Shown here one piece after another: positions 31,184-42,387 of a stretch of DNA of 64,000 nt; the first letter of the stretch is position 1; each line of letters starts with the position of its first letter. The notes under the pieces are model-generated. The model ran no database searches. It saw only the letters and a list, made by a program, of their open reading frames with translations, and was not told the DNA's origin. A program made the translations under genes and the position numbers. Origin of the DNA: Prochlorococcus sp. AG-355-B18 (GTDB lineage Bacteria > Cyanobacteriota > Cyanobacteriia > PCC-6307 > Cyanobiaceae). The stretch spans positions 1 to 64,000 of the forward strand of contig QCDI01000005.1 in assembly GCA_003280965.1 (NCBI GenBank), given 5' to 3'.

Positions 31184-32191
31184 TCAGAACTGTTCTAAGA
31201 ATCTAAGATCATTAGTATAAAATTTTCTAATGTCGTCAATTTGGTGCCTTACCATACAAAACCTTTCAACACCTAATCCAGCTGCGAATCCAGTCCATTT
31301 CTCAGAGTCTATTCCTAATTTTTCTAAGACCATCGGATCTACCATTCCACAACCCATTACCTCTAACCATTTACCTTTCCATTGCACATCTACTTCTGCA
31401 GAAGGCTCAGTAAATGGGAAATAACTAGCTCTAAATCTTACAGGAATATCTCCAAAAAAGGTCTTTAAAAAAGTAAGAACTGTTCCTCTTAGATGACTAA
31501 AATTAATATCTTGATCGATACATAAAACCTCAACCTGATTAAATACAGGGGAATGAGTAGCATCTACAGCATCTCTCCTATAAACTCTTCCAGGAGCAAT
31601 AATTCTTACTGGAGGGGGATTGTTCTCTAAGTATCTAATCTGAACAGGAGAAGTATGGGTCCTTAAAAGTCGATTTTCATCTAAGTAGAAAGTATCCTGC
31701 ATATCTCTTGCGGGATGATTTTTGGGTATATTGAGAGACTCAAAATTATAAAAATCAGTTTCTATTTCAGGACCACTTTCAACTGAGTATCCTAAACCAC
31801 AAAAAATATCAATTATTTCGTCTTGAGTTGAAATTAAAGGATGTTTATTTCCAGGAGGTATTCCAATTGAAGGGATAGTTACATCAATTTTTTCTTTTTT
31901 AATCTTTTGGTTTAGGGCTTGATTATTAAGTTGATTTTTTCTTTCAGTTATTAGTTCTTGTAAATTTATCTTTATTAAATTTGCCTTCTGGCCAACAATT
32001 GGTCTATCTGTAGCAGATAATTGACCCATTGTTTTCAAGATAATTGACAACTCACCTTTTTTTCCCAATAAAGAGACTCTCAGTTTATCCAATTCTTCAT
32101 GAGTATTAGAATTATCTATATTATTTTTTGCTTTTAGAGAAAGATTATTTAGTTTTTCCTCAATTTGACTTAATGATTCAATTTGACTCAC
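31184..32191 (-). CDS. pheS: Phenylalanine-tRNA ligase alpha subunit
   Basis: [26 protein letters not shown]. Confidence 0.97.
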   Translation of the reverse strand: MSQIESLSQIEEKLNNLSLKAKNNIDNSNTHEELDKLRVSLLGKKGELSIILKTMGQLSATDRPIVGQKANLIKINLQELITERKNQLNNQALNQKIKKEKIDVTIPSIGIPPGNKHPLISTQDEIIDIFCGLGYSVESGPEIETDFYNFESLNIPKNHPARDMQDTFYLDENRLLRTHTSPVQIRYLENNPPPVRIIAPGRVYRRDAVDATHSPVFNQVEVLCIDQDINFSHLRGTVLTFLKTFFGDIPVRFRASYFPFTEPSAEVDVQWKGKWLEVMGCGMVDPMVLEKLGIDSEKWTGFAAGLGVERFCMVRHQIDDIRKFYTNDLRFLEQF

Positions 32192-32259
32192 TGATATAGT
32201 AAAAATAAGTATTGCCTTATCTTACTTAAATATCGTCCATAAATAAAATGTATTGATTA

Positions 32260-33069
32260 ATGAAACCGTTAAATATACTAATAAGCAATGATGATGGTGT
32301 TTTTGCAGCGGGGATAAGAGCGTTAGCAAAATCAGCTCAAAAAAGAGGTCATAAGGTAAAGGTGGTATGTCCTGACCAAGAAAGATCAGCTACTGGTCAT
32401 GGCCTTACTTTACAATCTCCATTGAGAGTGGAAAAAGCTGACGAATTATTTGGGGAAGGAATTGAAGCTTGGGGATGTTCTGGCACACCTGCTGATTGCG
32501 TCAAATTAGCACTATCTGAACTCTTGGATCATAAACCTGATCTAGTACTATCTGGAATTAATCACGGGCCCAATTTAGGGACAGATATTTTTTGTTCAGG
32601 TACTGTCGCTGCAGCGATGGAAGGCACTTTAGAAAATGTTCCCTCAATGGCAATAAGTGTTGCTAGTTTTAAATGGAAGAATTTCGAATTTGCTGGAGAA
32701 ATTGCAATGAATATTGCCGAACAAGCAATTAATGATAGTTGGCCAGCTTCACTTCTATTGAATTTGAATATACCCCCTTGCGAGAAAAGCAAAATTAAAG
32801 AATTATCCTGGACAAGATTATCAATCAGAAAATATAAAAATCAATTTTCCAAAAGAGAAGATCCAAGGGGTGACGATTATTATTGGCTTGCCGGTGAGGT
32901 TGTTTTAGATCTTAAATCAAAAGGTTATGGTCCAAAGAAATGGCCAAGTGACGTATCACAAATACAAGAAAATAAAATATCTCTTACGCCCGTTGAGCCA
33001 GATTTATTTTGGAGGGGTAATTTAGACAAATTACCTAAAATTAATACTTCACTTATAAATCCTTCTTAA
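32260..33069 (+). CDS. surE: 5'/3'-nucleotidase SurE
   Basis: [29 protein letters not shown]. Confidence 0.96.
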   Translation: MKPLNILISNDDGVFAAGIRALAKSAQKRGHKVKVVCPDQERSATGHGLTLQSPLRVEKADELFGEGIEAWGCSGTPADCVKLALSELLDHKPDLVLSGINHGPNLGTDIFCSGTVAAAMEGTLENVPSMAISVASFKWKNFEFAGEIAMNIAEQAINDSWPASLLLNLNIPPCEKSKIKELSWTRLSIRKYKNQFSKREDPRGDDYYWLAGEVVLDLKSKGYGPKKWPSDVSQIQENKISLTPVEPDLFWRGNLDKLPKINTSLINPS

Positions 33070-33582
33070 AAGCCATAAAGAAAAGCACAGTCCAAAAAAA
33101 TGAGCAGCAATAACTTGTGTGTTACTAAGGACTGATAATATCTCAAGTCCAGTAATTGGAATATCAGATGTCGCCGTTATCAATTGTCCAGTTGTTTGAG
33201 AAGATGCTTGTATAAATAAAGCACCCATAAGAGCTTGATATCCAATTAAACCAAACAAAATTCCTAATAAATCAACTATTAGTCCTCGTTTTATCAATTT
33301 ACTGGTTTGTCCCCTTGAAGGTCTTGCGTTACTTGCGATTGCTCTTCCTGTTCTAACTATTAACCAACCCTGCCAAAGACTAAAAAGTAGTAAAATCAAG
33401 GATATTGTCGTAAGCGATAGACCAGGTGCTAAGCCAAGCTGCCCCTCGCTATTATTTACAACATTTGAAAAAAGCAAAACAGCTGCAACAACAACACCTA
33501 AAATGGATTGAACCCAAAAACGTATCCATCCAATGCGCCGCATTCCAAATGAAAGGGACTGAAAATCAATTTTGTCAGACAT
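33049..33582 (-). CDS. Conserved membrane protein (DUF3611/Tic21-like)
   Basis: [15 protein letters not shown]; several TM segments. Confidence 0.7.
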   Translation of the reverse strand: MSDKIDFQSLSFGMRRIGWIRFWVQSILGVVVAAVLLFSNVVNNSEGQLGLAPGLSLTTISLILLLFSLWQGWLIVRTGRAIASNARPSRGQTSKLIKRGLIVDLLGILFGLIGYQALMGALFIQASSQTTGQLITATSDIPITGLEILSVLSNTQVIAAHFFGLCFSLWLLRRIYK

Positions 33583-33650
33583 TCATTTGATTGAATAAAC
33601 TATAATCTATTCAAATTTGCCATCAAAATCATAAAATTGCACGTAATCTT

Positions 33651-34574
33651 TTGATCTCTTTAATATCGCCATCTGAAGTTAAGAATCCTACTTCAATAGC
33701 TATTGGAAGTTTTGATGGCCTACATGCTGGCCACAGAAAATTAATTAAAAGTGTAGTTGAAGAAAATCAATACACCCCAACAATTGCAAGCTTCTGGCCT
33801 CATCCCAGAGAAGTTTTATACAAAGAGACACGTCTTAGACTTGATCTCCCTTATGAAAAACTACCTATCCTGGAAGATCTTGGGATTGAACAATTAGTTC
33901 TGATTCCTTTTGATAAAGAATTATCTAAATTGAGTGCAGAAAAATTTGTAAAAGATATTTTGATAAATCAATTACAAGCAAAAAACATTTCTGTAGGTGC
34001 TAATTTTAAATTTGGTTTCAGAAGAAGTGGAGACATAAATACTATAAAAAATACAATTAAAGATACTGATATTAAACTAAAAATTACTCCAATTTTAGAA
34101 GACAACGAAGGTAGAATCAGCAGCAGCAGGATAAGAGATTTACTTGAGAAAAGTGACCTGAAAAATGCTTTCAAAATTCTTAATAGGCCTTATAGTTTTA
34201 ATGGAAAGGTTGTTAAAGGTAAAGGGATTGGAAAAAGTATAGGATGGCCCACAGCAAATCTTGAAATAGATGGCAGAAAATTTTTACCTGGAGAAGGAGT
34301 CTACGCATCTTGGGCAACCATAGAAAATTCTAACCAAAAAATTGAATCTGTTATGAATCTTGGCTCTCAACCAACAATAAATCCTTTACTGCCATCTGCA
34401 GTTGAAGTTCATTTAATAAATAAAGAGATTGATCTATATGGTTTAAACCTATCTGTAGAGCCAGTTGAAAAGCTTAGATCTCAAATTAAGTTTAAGAATA
34501 TAGATCAACTTTCTAATCAAATTAAAAAAGATAGAGATAATGCTATAAGAATTTTTAAAAACTATAAAAAATAA
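33651..34574 (+). CDS. ribF: Riboflavin kinase/FAD synthetase
   Basis: GSFDGLHAGH, ISSSRIR, GWPTAN. Confidence 0.95.
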   Translation: MISLISPSEVKNPTSIAIGSFDGLHAGHRKLIKSVVEENQYTPTIASFWPHPREVLYKETRLRLDLPYEKLPILEDLGIEQLVLIPFDKELSKLSAEKFVKDILINQLQAKNISVGANFKFGFRRSGDINTIKNTIKDTDIKLKITPILEDNEGRISSSRIRDLLEKSDLKNAFKILNRPYSFNGKVVKGKGIGKSIGWPTANLEIDGRKFLPGEGVYASWATIENSNQKIESVMNLGSQPTINPLLPSAVEVHLINKEIDLYGLNLSVEPVEKLRSQIKFKNIDQLSNQIKKDRDNAIRIFKNYKK

Positions 34575-34581
34575 ATTACAA

Positions 34582-35637
34582 ATGCTTAATTCCAATACTA
34601 CAAATGCTGATAATTTAAGAATTTATCAAATTATTGACGCTAATCTGGATAGAGCTAGAGAGGGCCTAAGAGTATTAGAGGATTGGGCTAGATTTGGTCT
34701 AGGTAAAGAAAAATATGTTGCAAGGATAAAAAATTTTAGACAAATTTTAGGAAAAAATCATTTAGAAGTTTATAAACAATCTAGAAATCACATAGAGGAC
34801 AAATGTAAAGGATTGACCCATGAAGAGCAACTCAACAGAAAAACCTCTGAGCAAATAATAAGTTCTAATTCAGGCAGAGTTCAAGAAGCATTGAGAGTCA
34901 TAGAAGAATTCTCAAGGTTACATAATAATGCGCTTTCAAAAATCGCTTCAGAAATTAGATATGAAATTTATACTATAGAAATTGACTTATTAAGTTTAAG
35001 CAAGCGTAAAAATTCGGAAGAAATATTAAAAGAAAATGATTTATATGTAATCACAGATCAAACGGATAATTTATTAAAAATAATAGAAGAGATTTTAATT
35101 GCGGGAGTAAGAATTATTCAACATAGATTTAAGACGGGAACTGATAAAGATCATCTTCAAGAAGCAATTAAGATTAAAAATCTATGTAAAAAATATAGTT
35201 CTTTGTTCATCGTTAACGACAGAATTGATATAGCTTTAGCATCAAATGCAGATGGCATTCATCTAGGTCAAGATGATTTAGACTTAAAAACCGCAAGAAA
35301 ATTATTAGGTCATTCAAAATTAATTGGTGTAAGTGCAAATAATGAAATTGATATTTCTAATGCTCTTAAAGAAGGTTGTGATTACATAGGAATTGGCCCA
35401 GTATTTGAAACTGCAACGAAAAAAAATAAAAAACCTATAGGTATTGAAAGGATCAAAAAATTAACAAAAGATTTAAATATTCCTTGGTTTGCTATTGGAG
35501 GAATTAAAACAAATAATATTTCATATTTAAAAAGCAATGGTTTCAAAAAAGTTGCCTTAATTTCGCAAATAATGAATTCTGAAGATCCCAAAGAAGACGC
35601 TATTATGATCCTAAAAGAATTGTCTCATGAAAATTAA
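34582..35637 (+). CDS. thiE: Thiamine-phosphate synthase (cyanobacterial form with N-terminal extension)
   Basis: IIDANLDRAREGLRVLED, NDRID, GIHLGQDD, AIGGI. Confidence 0.93.
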   Translation: MLNSNTTNADNLRIYQIIDANLDRAREGLRVLEDWARFGLGKEKYVARIKNFRQILGKNHLEVYKQSRNHIEDKCKGLTHEEQLNRKTSEQIISSNSGRVQEALRVIEEFSRLHNNALSKIASEIRYEIYTIEIDLLSLSKRKNSEEILKENDLYVITDQTDNLLKIIEEILIAGVRIIQHRFKTGTDKDHLQEAIKIKNLCKKYSSLFIVNDRIDIALASNADGIHLGQDDLDLKTARKLLGHSKLIGVSANNEIDISNALKEGCDYIGIGPVFETATKKNKKPIGIERIKKLTKDLNIPWFAIGGIKTNNISYLKSNGFKKVALISQIMNSEDPKEDAIMILKELSHEN

Positions 35638-35836
35638 TGTAAATGGTGAGGAAAAAAAAATAGAACTTGATCAAGAAAATGCTCTATTGTCTACAGCGCT
35701 TAATTCCATGGGATATAAACCCAACACAATTGTTGTGGAGTTAAATAATTTAATTGTCAATTCAATGAAATGGGAAAAAGTGAAACTTAAAGATGGGGAT
35801 AATCTAGAAATCGTTTCAATAGTTGGTGGTGGTTAA
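35627..35836 (+). CDS. thiS: Sulfur carrier ThiS
   Basis: 69 aa ending EIVSIVGGG. Confidence 0.93.
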   Translation: MKINVNGEEKKIELDQENALLSTALNSMGYKPNTIVVELNNLIVNSMKWEKVKLKDGDNLEIVSIVGGG

Positions 35837-35947
35837 AAGAAAAGATCTTTTATATTCAAAATCTTCATAATTTTTTAAGTTTAGGCTTGAAACAATAACC
35901 AAATTTTTTCAATTTTCGTTTTATATTCTTAATACTTAAATAAAAAA

Positions 35948-36115
35948 ATGAAAGATAAAATTGATAATAATTCAAGATCTCTAAAATGGGAGCAAAATGG
36001 AGAGTTAGCTCATAAAGATCTCTCTGAATTAATAGAAAGATTAAAAAATGTAGAAAGTGAACATGCCTCTTCTGAGTTATCTAGATTAGGTACAAAATCA
36101 AACATAAAAGATTAA
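35948..36115 (+). CDS. Small hypothetical protein (55 aa)
   Basis: MKDKIDNNSRSLKWEQNGELAHKDLSELIERLKNVESEHASSELSRLGTKSNIKD; not in the ORF track. Confidence 0.6.
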   Translation: MKDKIDNNSRSLKWEQNGELAHKDLSELIERLKNVESEHASSELSRLGTKSNIKD

Positions 36116-36182
36116 ATTTGTTACTTAGATCTTGTTTTTATAAAAATTTGTACCAAATTATAATTACTGAATACAAATGTAA

Positions 36183-36314
36183 ATGCCGAAAAGATTTCCA
36201 GAGTGGGTTAACACTGAAGTAGTGATTAAAGCAATCAAAATGCGAGAGGAAGGAATGCTTTCTAAACAACTTAATTTATGGATAGAAAATCTATTAGAAA
36301 TAGAAAAAAAGTAA
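36183..36314 (+). CDS. Small hypothetical protein (43 aa)
   Basis: MPKRFPEWVNTEVVIKAIKMREEGMLSKQLNLWIENLLEIEKK; not in the ORF track. Confidence 0.55.
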   Translation: MPKRFPEWVNTEVVIKAIKMREEGMLSKQLNLWIENLLEIEKK

Positions 36315-36318
36315 GTAT

Positions 36319-36975
36319 TTAGGAGATACTTTTAATAATTCTTAGAGCCGCCATTGCAGCTCCAAATCCATTATCTATATTCATAACTGCGATACCTGGA
36401 GAACAACTTGACAACATACTATTTAAAGCAGTTTCTCCATTTTTGCTGACTCCGTAGCCAACTGAAACAGGCACTGCGATTATTGGTTGGGGTAATAATC
36501 CTCCCACAACTGTTGCCAAAGCTCCTTCCATTCCAGCACAAACTATTAGTACATCATATTTATCAATTTCTTCTAACTGACTCATTAATCGATGAAGTCC
36601 TGCTACGCCAACATCTATAAAAGATTGACAATTCAACCCATAAATTTCAAGCGCTAATTGTGCTTCAAGTGTTACGGCCAAATCACTTGAACCCCCTGAA
36701 ATTATGGCAACTTTTTTATTTGTGTTTATTTTTTTATGATTTTTTCCAATTATTAGGCAATTTGCTTCTTCATAAAAGCGTGCATCATCATGCAAATCTA
36801 AAAGATAATTAGCCTTTTCACTATTAATCCTAGTAATGAAAACAACCTCATTTTGACTTAATACACTTTCAGATACTCTCTTTAATTGGTCGATACTCTT
36901 GTCTTGACCCCAAATTGCTTCAATAAGTCCAAGCCTCTCTCTTCTTTGAAAATCAAATCTAATATCAAAATTCAT
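36319..36975 (-). CDS. larB: LarB/CpmA (PurE-like) family protein
   Basis: GGSSDL, DVGVAGLHR, AGMEGAL, PVSVGYG, NIDNGFGAA. Confidence 0.85.
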   Translation of the reverse strand: MNFDIRFDFQRRERLGLIEAIWGQDKSIDQLKRVSESVLSQNEVVFITRINSEKANYLLDLHDDARFYEEANCLIIGKNHKKINTNKKVAIISGGSSDLAVTLEAQLALEIYGLNCQSFIDVGVAGLHRLMSQLEEIDKYDVLIVCAGMEGALATVVGGLLPQPIIAVPVSVGYGVSKNGETALNSMLSSCSPGIAVMNIDNGFGAAMAALRIIKSIS

Positions 36976-37418
36976 CCTTGCTTATCTAACTCTCCTTCAT
37001 AAATTAATTCAAAAGGATTTTCTTCTAACTTTAGAGCTGTTTTTACATTATCTTCAAATTTTTCTTGGACTACATTTACCTCTGACATTGGTATACTTTT
37101 CCATAATTTTTTACTTTCCCAATTTACCAATATTAAAGCTTCTTCCTTTTCTTTATCCCAATATAATTGTCTCCCCAAAAAACCCTTTTGAGAAGATAAC
37201 CATGGATCCCAGACTTCTTTTTCAGCAGTCAACCATGCTGCTTTTGAAGCCGCTGGGACTTTAAGTCTTAATTCCTCTATAACAATTTCACCTTGATAAT
37301 TATCCATAGGAAGAGCTTGTAAATTAGGAAAATCAGATTGAAAATTTAAAACTACGATGCAAATCAATAATAAACAAAATTGTTGAAATTTTCTTCTCAA
37401 ATTTAAATTTAATTTCAT
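36972..37418 (-). CDS. Conserved cyanobacterial protein (TIGR03792/ABM-like)
   Basis: [26 protein letters not shown]. Confidence 0.7.
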   Translation of the reverse strand: MKLNLNLRRKFQQFCLLLICIVVLNFQSDFPNLQALPMDNYQGEIVIEELRLKVPAASKAAWLTAEKEVWDPWLSSQKGFLGRQLYWDKEKEEALILVNWESKKLWKSIPMSEVNVVQEKFEDNVKTALKLEENPFELIYEGELDKQG

Positions 37419-38635
37419 TTTTTCTCAAGTAGCACTACTGAATGGCAACTAATTCCCTCTTCTCTTCCTTCTGGACCCAATTTTTCATTAGTAGTCGCTT
37501 TAATCCCAATTAAATTTTCATCTATATTTAAGGTCTCAGAAATATTTTTTTTCATTAGCTTTATATGTGGCATTATTTTTGGCCTTTCAGCAACAAGAAC
37601 ACTATCAATATTATTTATTTCCCAACCATCTTTTCTTATCAAGTCAATTACTTTTGATAACAAAAACAAGCTATCAGCATTTTTCCATTTTTCATCAGAT
37701 GGGGGGAAATACTTTCCTATGTCGCCCAACGAAAGTGCTCCCAATAATGCATCCATTATTGAGTGACTTAAAACATCAGCATCACTATGACCATCCAATC
37801 CTAAATTTTCAGGATGATGCAATTTCACACCTCCAATAATTAAATCTCTATCCTCTACTAGTCTGTGAATATCGTATCCATTACCTATTCTAAATTTCAT
37901 GAATTGATTATTTTCTTTTATTATTCTCTTACTTTGTGAGGATTTTTTGTAGTTTTCATTTGAAATTAAGTCACTTCTTCTCTCCAATGTTCTTTCAAAA
38001 CTTTTTCTTCTTCTCCACGATTTAATCTCTTCATGATTACCGCTCACTAGAATATCTGGTACTTTCATATCTTTAAACGTTAACGGCCTCGTGTATTGAG
38101 GATATTCTAATAAAGAAGCATTATGACTCTCATCGACTAAGGAGTCTGGATCACCAAGAGTTCCTGGTAATAATCTAGTCAAACCATTAATTATTGATAT
38201 AGCGGGTATTTCACCTCCAGAGAGTACATAATCTCCTATGGATATCTCTTCATCAGCTAAACATCTAATCCTTTCATCAAAACCTTCATATTGACCACAA
38301 ATAATTATTATTTGATCCAAAGAGGACCATCTCGCAAGATCCTTTTGCTTTAGGACTTTACCCTGTGGGGTCATCAGCAAAGTTTTACTTTTAGGTAGTT
38401 TTCTAATTGATTCATATGCCTTATAAATAGGTTCAGGTTTCAATACCATACCTGCTCCTCCTCCATACGGCTTATCGTCTACTTGTCTGTAAGAACCTTC
38501 TCCATATTCTCTCAAATCATGTAAATTCACATTGATCAAATTCTTATCTAATGCTTTTGTTATGACCCCTAAATTATTTATTAATTCAAAAGCTTTAGGG
38601 AACAACGTAATTACATCAAAATTAAAACCACTCAT
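37415..38635 (-). CDS. trmD/ispF: TrmD-IspF fusion (tRNA m1G37 methyltransferase plus MEcPP synthase)
   Basis: N-terminal [32 protein letters not shown]-terminal [29 protein letters not shown]. Confidence 0.93.
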   Translation of the reverse strand: MSGFNFDVITLFPKAFELINNLGVITKALDKNLINVNLHDLREYGEGSYRQVDDKPYGGGAGMVLKPEPIYKAYESIRKLPKSKTLLMTPQGKVLKQKDLARWSSLDQIIIICGQYEGFDERIRCLADEEISIGDYVLSGGEIPAISIINGLTRLLPGTLGDPDSLVDESHNASLLEYPQYTRPLTFKDMKVPDILVSGNHEEIKSWRRRKSFERTLERRSDLISNENYKKSSQSKRIIKENNQFMKFRIGNGYDIHRLVEDRDLIIGGVKLHHPENLGLDGHSDADVLSHSIMDALLGALSLGDIGKYFPPSDEKWKNADSLFLLSKVIDLIRKDGWEINNIDSVLVAERPKIMPHIKLMKKNISETLNIDENLIGIKATTNEKLGPEGREEGISCHSVVLLEKK

Positions 38636-39547
38636 CTAGAAATCTTCCTCATAACCAAACTCAATTAATCTTGATTCTTTTTTTCTCCAATTTGGAACCA
38701 CTTTCACAAACAACTCTAGGTGAACTGGACCATCAATTAATTTTGACATATTTGATCTTGCTGACTGACCAATCATTTTTAACATTGAACCTTTCTTTCC
38801 AATAAGAATGCCTTTTTGAGTTGATCTTTCAACAATAATAGTAGCCAAAATAGCTGTAAAAACTTTGCCATTTTTTCTTTTAATTTCCTCTCTCTTTTCT
38901 ATCTTTACTGCGACACTATGAGGTACCTCTTCTCTTGTATTTTTTAATACCTGCTCTCTTACTAAATCAGATAATAAGTTATCTAATGGTTGGTCGCAAA
39001 TCGTCTCTTCACCATAAAGTTTTGGTCCCTCTGGAAGAAAATTAAGTGCCATATCGACTAGTTCAGAACATCCCTCTCCTTGAGAAGCACTTACAATTTG
39101 AAAGTTTCTATTAATTCCAAAAAATCTCCTATATTGATCTAATCGTAAATTCCTAAATTCTTTATTAACCAAATCCCACTTATTCAATGCCACAATAAAC
39201 TCAGTTTTATTTGCGATTAGAAAATTCAAAATATATTCATCACCTCTACCAGGTTCTTCACTTGAATCAATTACAAAAATTACCATATCAACTCCATTAA
39301 TTGCAGATTTTGCGTTTTTTACTAATATCTCTCCAAGTCGATGATGAGGTTTATGAACGCCTGGCGTATCAACAAAAATTATTTGCCCACTGTCTGTAGT
39401 AAGTATTCCTTTTAATTTATTTCTAGTAGTTTGCGCTATTGGAGAAGTAATTGTTATTTTTTCTCCAATCAATTTATTTATTAAAGTAGATTTACCCACA
39501 TTTGGCCTTCCTAGTAAAGTTACAAACCCAGATCTATAATTGGCCAA
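38636..39547 (-). CDS. era: GTPase Era
   Basis: GRPNVGKST, DTPG, NKWD, KH domain. Confidence 0.96.
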   Translation of the reverse strand: MANYRSGFVTLLGRPNVGKSTLINKLIGEKITITSPIAQTTRNKLKGILTTDSGQIIFVDTPGVHKPHHRLGEILVKNAKSAINGVDMVIFVIDSSEEPGRGDEYILNFLIANKTEFIVALNKWDLVNKEFRNLRLDQYRRFFGINRNFQIVSASQGEGCSELVDMALNFLPEGPKLYGEETICDQPLDNLLSDLVREQVLKNTREEVPHSVAVKIEKREEIKRKNGKVFTAILATIIVERSTQKGILIGKKGSMLKMIGQSARSNMSKLIDGPVHLELFVKVVPNWRKKESRLIEFGYEEDF

Positions 39548-39585
39548 AGACTTTTAATGCATCAATAATAAAATTCTGATCAAAA

Positions 39586-40113
39586 ATGGAAAAAAAAACC
39601 ATAAATTTAAAAGAAGCTTCATTCACGCAAGCAATAAATATATCCGCACAATGGTGCAAAGAGTGGGGTGAAGATTTACTCAGCGAAGAGGTTTTAGCAG
39701 ATAGAATCGCAGAGCTAACTAAAACAAAAAATGGACTCAGAGGATTTTTTGCATACGCTTTATCAGATAACGATTGTTTTTTGTTAGATAAACTTCCTTT
39801 TTCACTAATTTACAAACTGAACGAAGGTGGTGATGCTGTAACTGACGTAGTAGTAAAAAATTTAATAATGAGTTCCGCTCAAATTATTATTCATCGAAGA
39901 GATAATAATCGTGAATATGAGATAACATCAGAAAACATTTCAGATAGATGTAAGGCTATTCTAAGACTGCTAGAAACTAAGTCAGTTACAAAGTCTGTCA
40001 ACCAAGTCCTTAGAGACTTAGATGATATGGGCAATAGTTTTGATAATTCAGTTAAATATGACTCCGAGCAAAAGGAATTCATAAAAAAACAAATTCTTGA
40101 TATCGCCCAATAA
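39586..40113 (+). CDS. Conserved hypothetical protein
   Basis: 175-aa ORF with NGLRGFF and VKNLIMS. Confidence 0.7.
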   Translation: MEKKTINLKEASFTQAINISAQWCKEWGEDLLSEEVLADRIAELTKTKNGLRGFFAYALSDNDCFLLDKLPFSLIYKLNEGGDAVTDVVVKNLIMSSAQIIIHRRDNNREYEITSENISDRCKAILRLLETKSVTKSVNQVLRDLDDMGNSFDNSVKYDSEQKEFIKKQILDIAQ

Positions 40114-40140
40114 AAAAGCGTAGAAATAAATCTACGCTTT
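40112..40140 (-). terminator. Intrinsic terminator between convergent genes
   Basis: Stem AAAGCGTAGA / TCTACGCTTT with T-tract on the minus strand. Confidence 0.7.
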
Positions 40141-40164
40141 GGATTAGTTTTTTACTTAATTTGT

Positions 40165-40902
40165 TTAGTCTCTTCTTCCGCCGCCTTGAAGTGCAATCAT
40201 TAATCTTAATATGAAAACGAAAAGATTAATGTAGGTTAAATACATACCTAAAGCCCCTGCCAAGTATTGATCGTCACTATATCTTCTTGGCATTGTATAA
40301 AAATCCACAAAAGACATTGCGACAAATAAAACTGTTCCAAATCCTGCGATAATCAACTCAAGCCCTGAACCTCCAAAAACACCTGGGGCAAAGAATCCTC
40401 CGATTAATTGAACGAACATTGCTATAAGAAGTCCTATTAACCCAAGACCGACAACACCACTTAGTGCTTGACCAACACTATCACTCATCCTCTGACCGGT
40501 ATAAGAGGCAATAACAAAAGTTATACCTGTAGCTAAAGCAGCAGTTCCGACCGAACCAATACCAATTGTTCCTATTGCTAAAGCAACTATTCCACTTAAG
40601 GTGAATCCAGTAAGCAAACTAAATCCTGTAAGTAAAGGCAAGGCCTTTGCATTATTTGCATTATTTGCAGCGCTTGTGGCTATAAAAAACAAAACCAATT
40701 CTGCAATTAAAGCAACTATTGAGAGAGGCTGAAAAAGCGCTGGGTTCGTTGCTATGAGTGAGACACCTGCTAAAACACCTAAAGAAGTTAGAACCATACC
40801 TCCGCCTACGTAAGGTAGAGCTTTTTGAACAACATTAGGTCCAACAATTGAACTTGTTTGTGCTTCACGAATAGCTTGATTAAAATTACTACTTGCTGGC
40901 AT
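40165..40902 (-). CDS. Bax inhibitor-1/YccA family membrane protein
   Basis: About seven TM segments, ALGMYLTYINLF. Confidence 0.88.
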   Translation of the reverse strand: MPASSNFNQAIREAQTSSIVGPNVVQKALPYVGGGMVLTSLGVLAGVSLIATNPALFQPLSIVALIAELVLFFIATSAANNANNAKALPLLTGFSLLTGFTLSGIVALAIGTIGIGSVGTAALATGITFVIASYTGQRMSDSVGQALSGVVGLGLIGLLIAMFVQLIGGFFAPGVFGGSGLELIIAGFGTVLFVAMSFVDFYTMPRRYSDDQYLAGALGMYLTYINLFVFILRLMIALQGGGRRD

Positions 40903-40974
40903 TTTTTTTTAATATATTTTTTATTCTACTTGATTTTTAAAATTTCAGGGTACGGATCTCCAGAGTTATTATGG

Positions 40975-41931
40975 TTATTGATAAGCCTCAATTATTTTCT
41001 GAACTAAAGGATGACGAACTACATCTTCAACAGTTAAAAAACAAAATTTTATTCCTTCAGTTTTAGAGAAAATTCTTGATGCTTCAATGAGGCCGCTTTC
41101 CTGATCTTTTTTCAAATCAATTTGTGTAATATCTCCGTTTACTACCATTTTTGATCTCTCACCTAATCTGGTTAAAAACATTCTCATTTGAGAGCAGGTT
41201 GTGTTTTGAGCTTCATCTAAAATAACCATGGAGTTATCCAAGGTTCTGCCTCTCATAAATGCTAGGGGTGCTACTTCAATAATTCCTTTATCGATTAGAG
41301 AATTTGTTCTATCAAAACCGAAAATACTATGTAAAGAGTCAAAAAGGGGTCTTAAATATGGATCTACTTTCTGTTGTAAATCACCGGGCAGAAATCCCAA
41401 ACTTTCTCCAGCTTCTACTGCTGGTCTAGTTAGAACAATTTTTTCTATCTTTTTCTCGTTTAATAGTCTTGCTGCACATACAGTTGCCAAAAATGTCTTT
41501 CCTGTGCCAGCTGGACCAATTGCGAAAGTAAGATCAAAGTTTTCAATTGATTCAACATATTCTTTTTGCCTTATAGTTCTAGGTCTTAAATATCTTCCTT
41601 CTTTTGAACGCGCTAGGACTTTCTTCCCAAGTTCTGCATGTGAAGATGACTCTCCCATATTTAAGGAACTTAAAGCCGCTTTTAGATCTACCTCTGGGAC
41701 TTCTAACCCTTGTTCCCAAATTGGTCTTGTCAGCTCTACTAATGCTGAAGCTTTCTCAATTTTAGATATGACGCCGTTCATCTCAAGTTGCAAGCCTCTT
41801 ATAGTTAAAGAAACTCCAGTAAGAGACTCAAATTTTTTTAAGAAAGAATTACCGGGACCTGACAATGCTGTAGCTGCATCAGAGCTTGGCAAATCTATTT
41901 TGAAGTGACCAGTTTTGGAAACTTCCGTCAT
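40975..41931 (-). CDS. phoH: PhoH-family ATPase
   Basis: GPAGTGKT, LGFLPGDL, FMRGRT, DEAQN. Confidence 0.93.
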   Translation of the reverse strand: MTEVSKTGHFKIDLPSSDAATALSGPGNSFLKKFESLTGVSLTIRGLQLEMNGVISKIEKASALVELTRPIWEQGLEVPEVDLKAALSSLNMGESSSHAELGKKVLARSKEGRYLRPRTIRQKEYVESIENFDLTFAIGPAGTGKTFLATVCAARLLNEKKIEKIVLTRPAVEAGESLGFLPGDLQQKVDPYLRPLFDSLHSIFGFDRTNSLIDKGIIEVAPLAFMRGRTLDNSMVILDEAQNTTCSQMRMFLTRLGERSKMVVNGDITQIDLKKDQESGLIEASRIFSKTEGIKFCFLTVEDVVRHPLVQKIIEAYQ

Positions 41932-41967
41932 CTAGTTATTGAATAAGAATAAAAATTTATCAAATCA

Positions 41968-42333
41968 CTAGCTTTCAGCTTCATTACTCTCGCTTTCAGC
42001 TTTACTAATATCATTTTCTTCATCTTTAGTTTTAGCTTTAGCTAATTTTTCCTTCTCTATCTTTGCTTTACCAATAGCGATGGAGGGTCTTTCTTTTTTT
42101 TCTAATAACCCTCCCTTTTCTAATAAAGTTCTTACAACATCAGTTGGCTGAGCACCTTGAGTAAGTCTTGTTCTTAAAGCTTCTGTATCAAGCCTGGTTT
42201 CCTTAGTTCTTGGATTATAAAAACCTAGTTCCTGTAGGGGTCTACCATCTCTTCTGGAAGTACTATTGCATGCAACAATTCTGAAACTTGCCTCTTTTTT
42301 CTTTCCAAAGCGCTTAAGGCGCAATTTAATCAT
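41968..42333 (-). CDS. rpsP: 30S ribosomal protein S16
   Basis: [21 protein letters not shown]. Confidence 0.97.
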   Translation of the reverse strand: MIKLRLKRFGKKKEASFRIVACNSTSRRDGRPLQELGFYNPRTKETRLDTEALRTRLTQGAQPTDVVRTLLEKGGLLEKKERPSIAIGKAKIEKEKLAKAKTKDEENDISKAESESNEAES

Positions 42334-42387
42334 CTTAAATTAATGTATTTTTAATAATAATATCATTTAAAGGTAGAAATATAGAAA

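Noticed and set aside
34582..35000. N-terminal extension of ThiE as a novel domain
   Set aside because: Standard feature of cyanobacterial ThiE.
41228..41908. 226-aa plus-strand ORF
   Set aside because: Entirely antisense to phoH with no recognisable motifs; the same applies to the other short ORFs nested in core genes.
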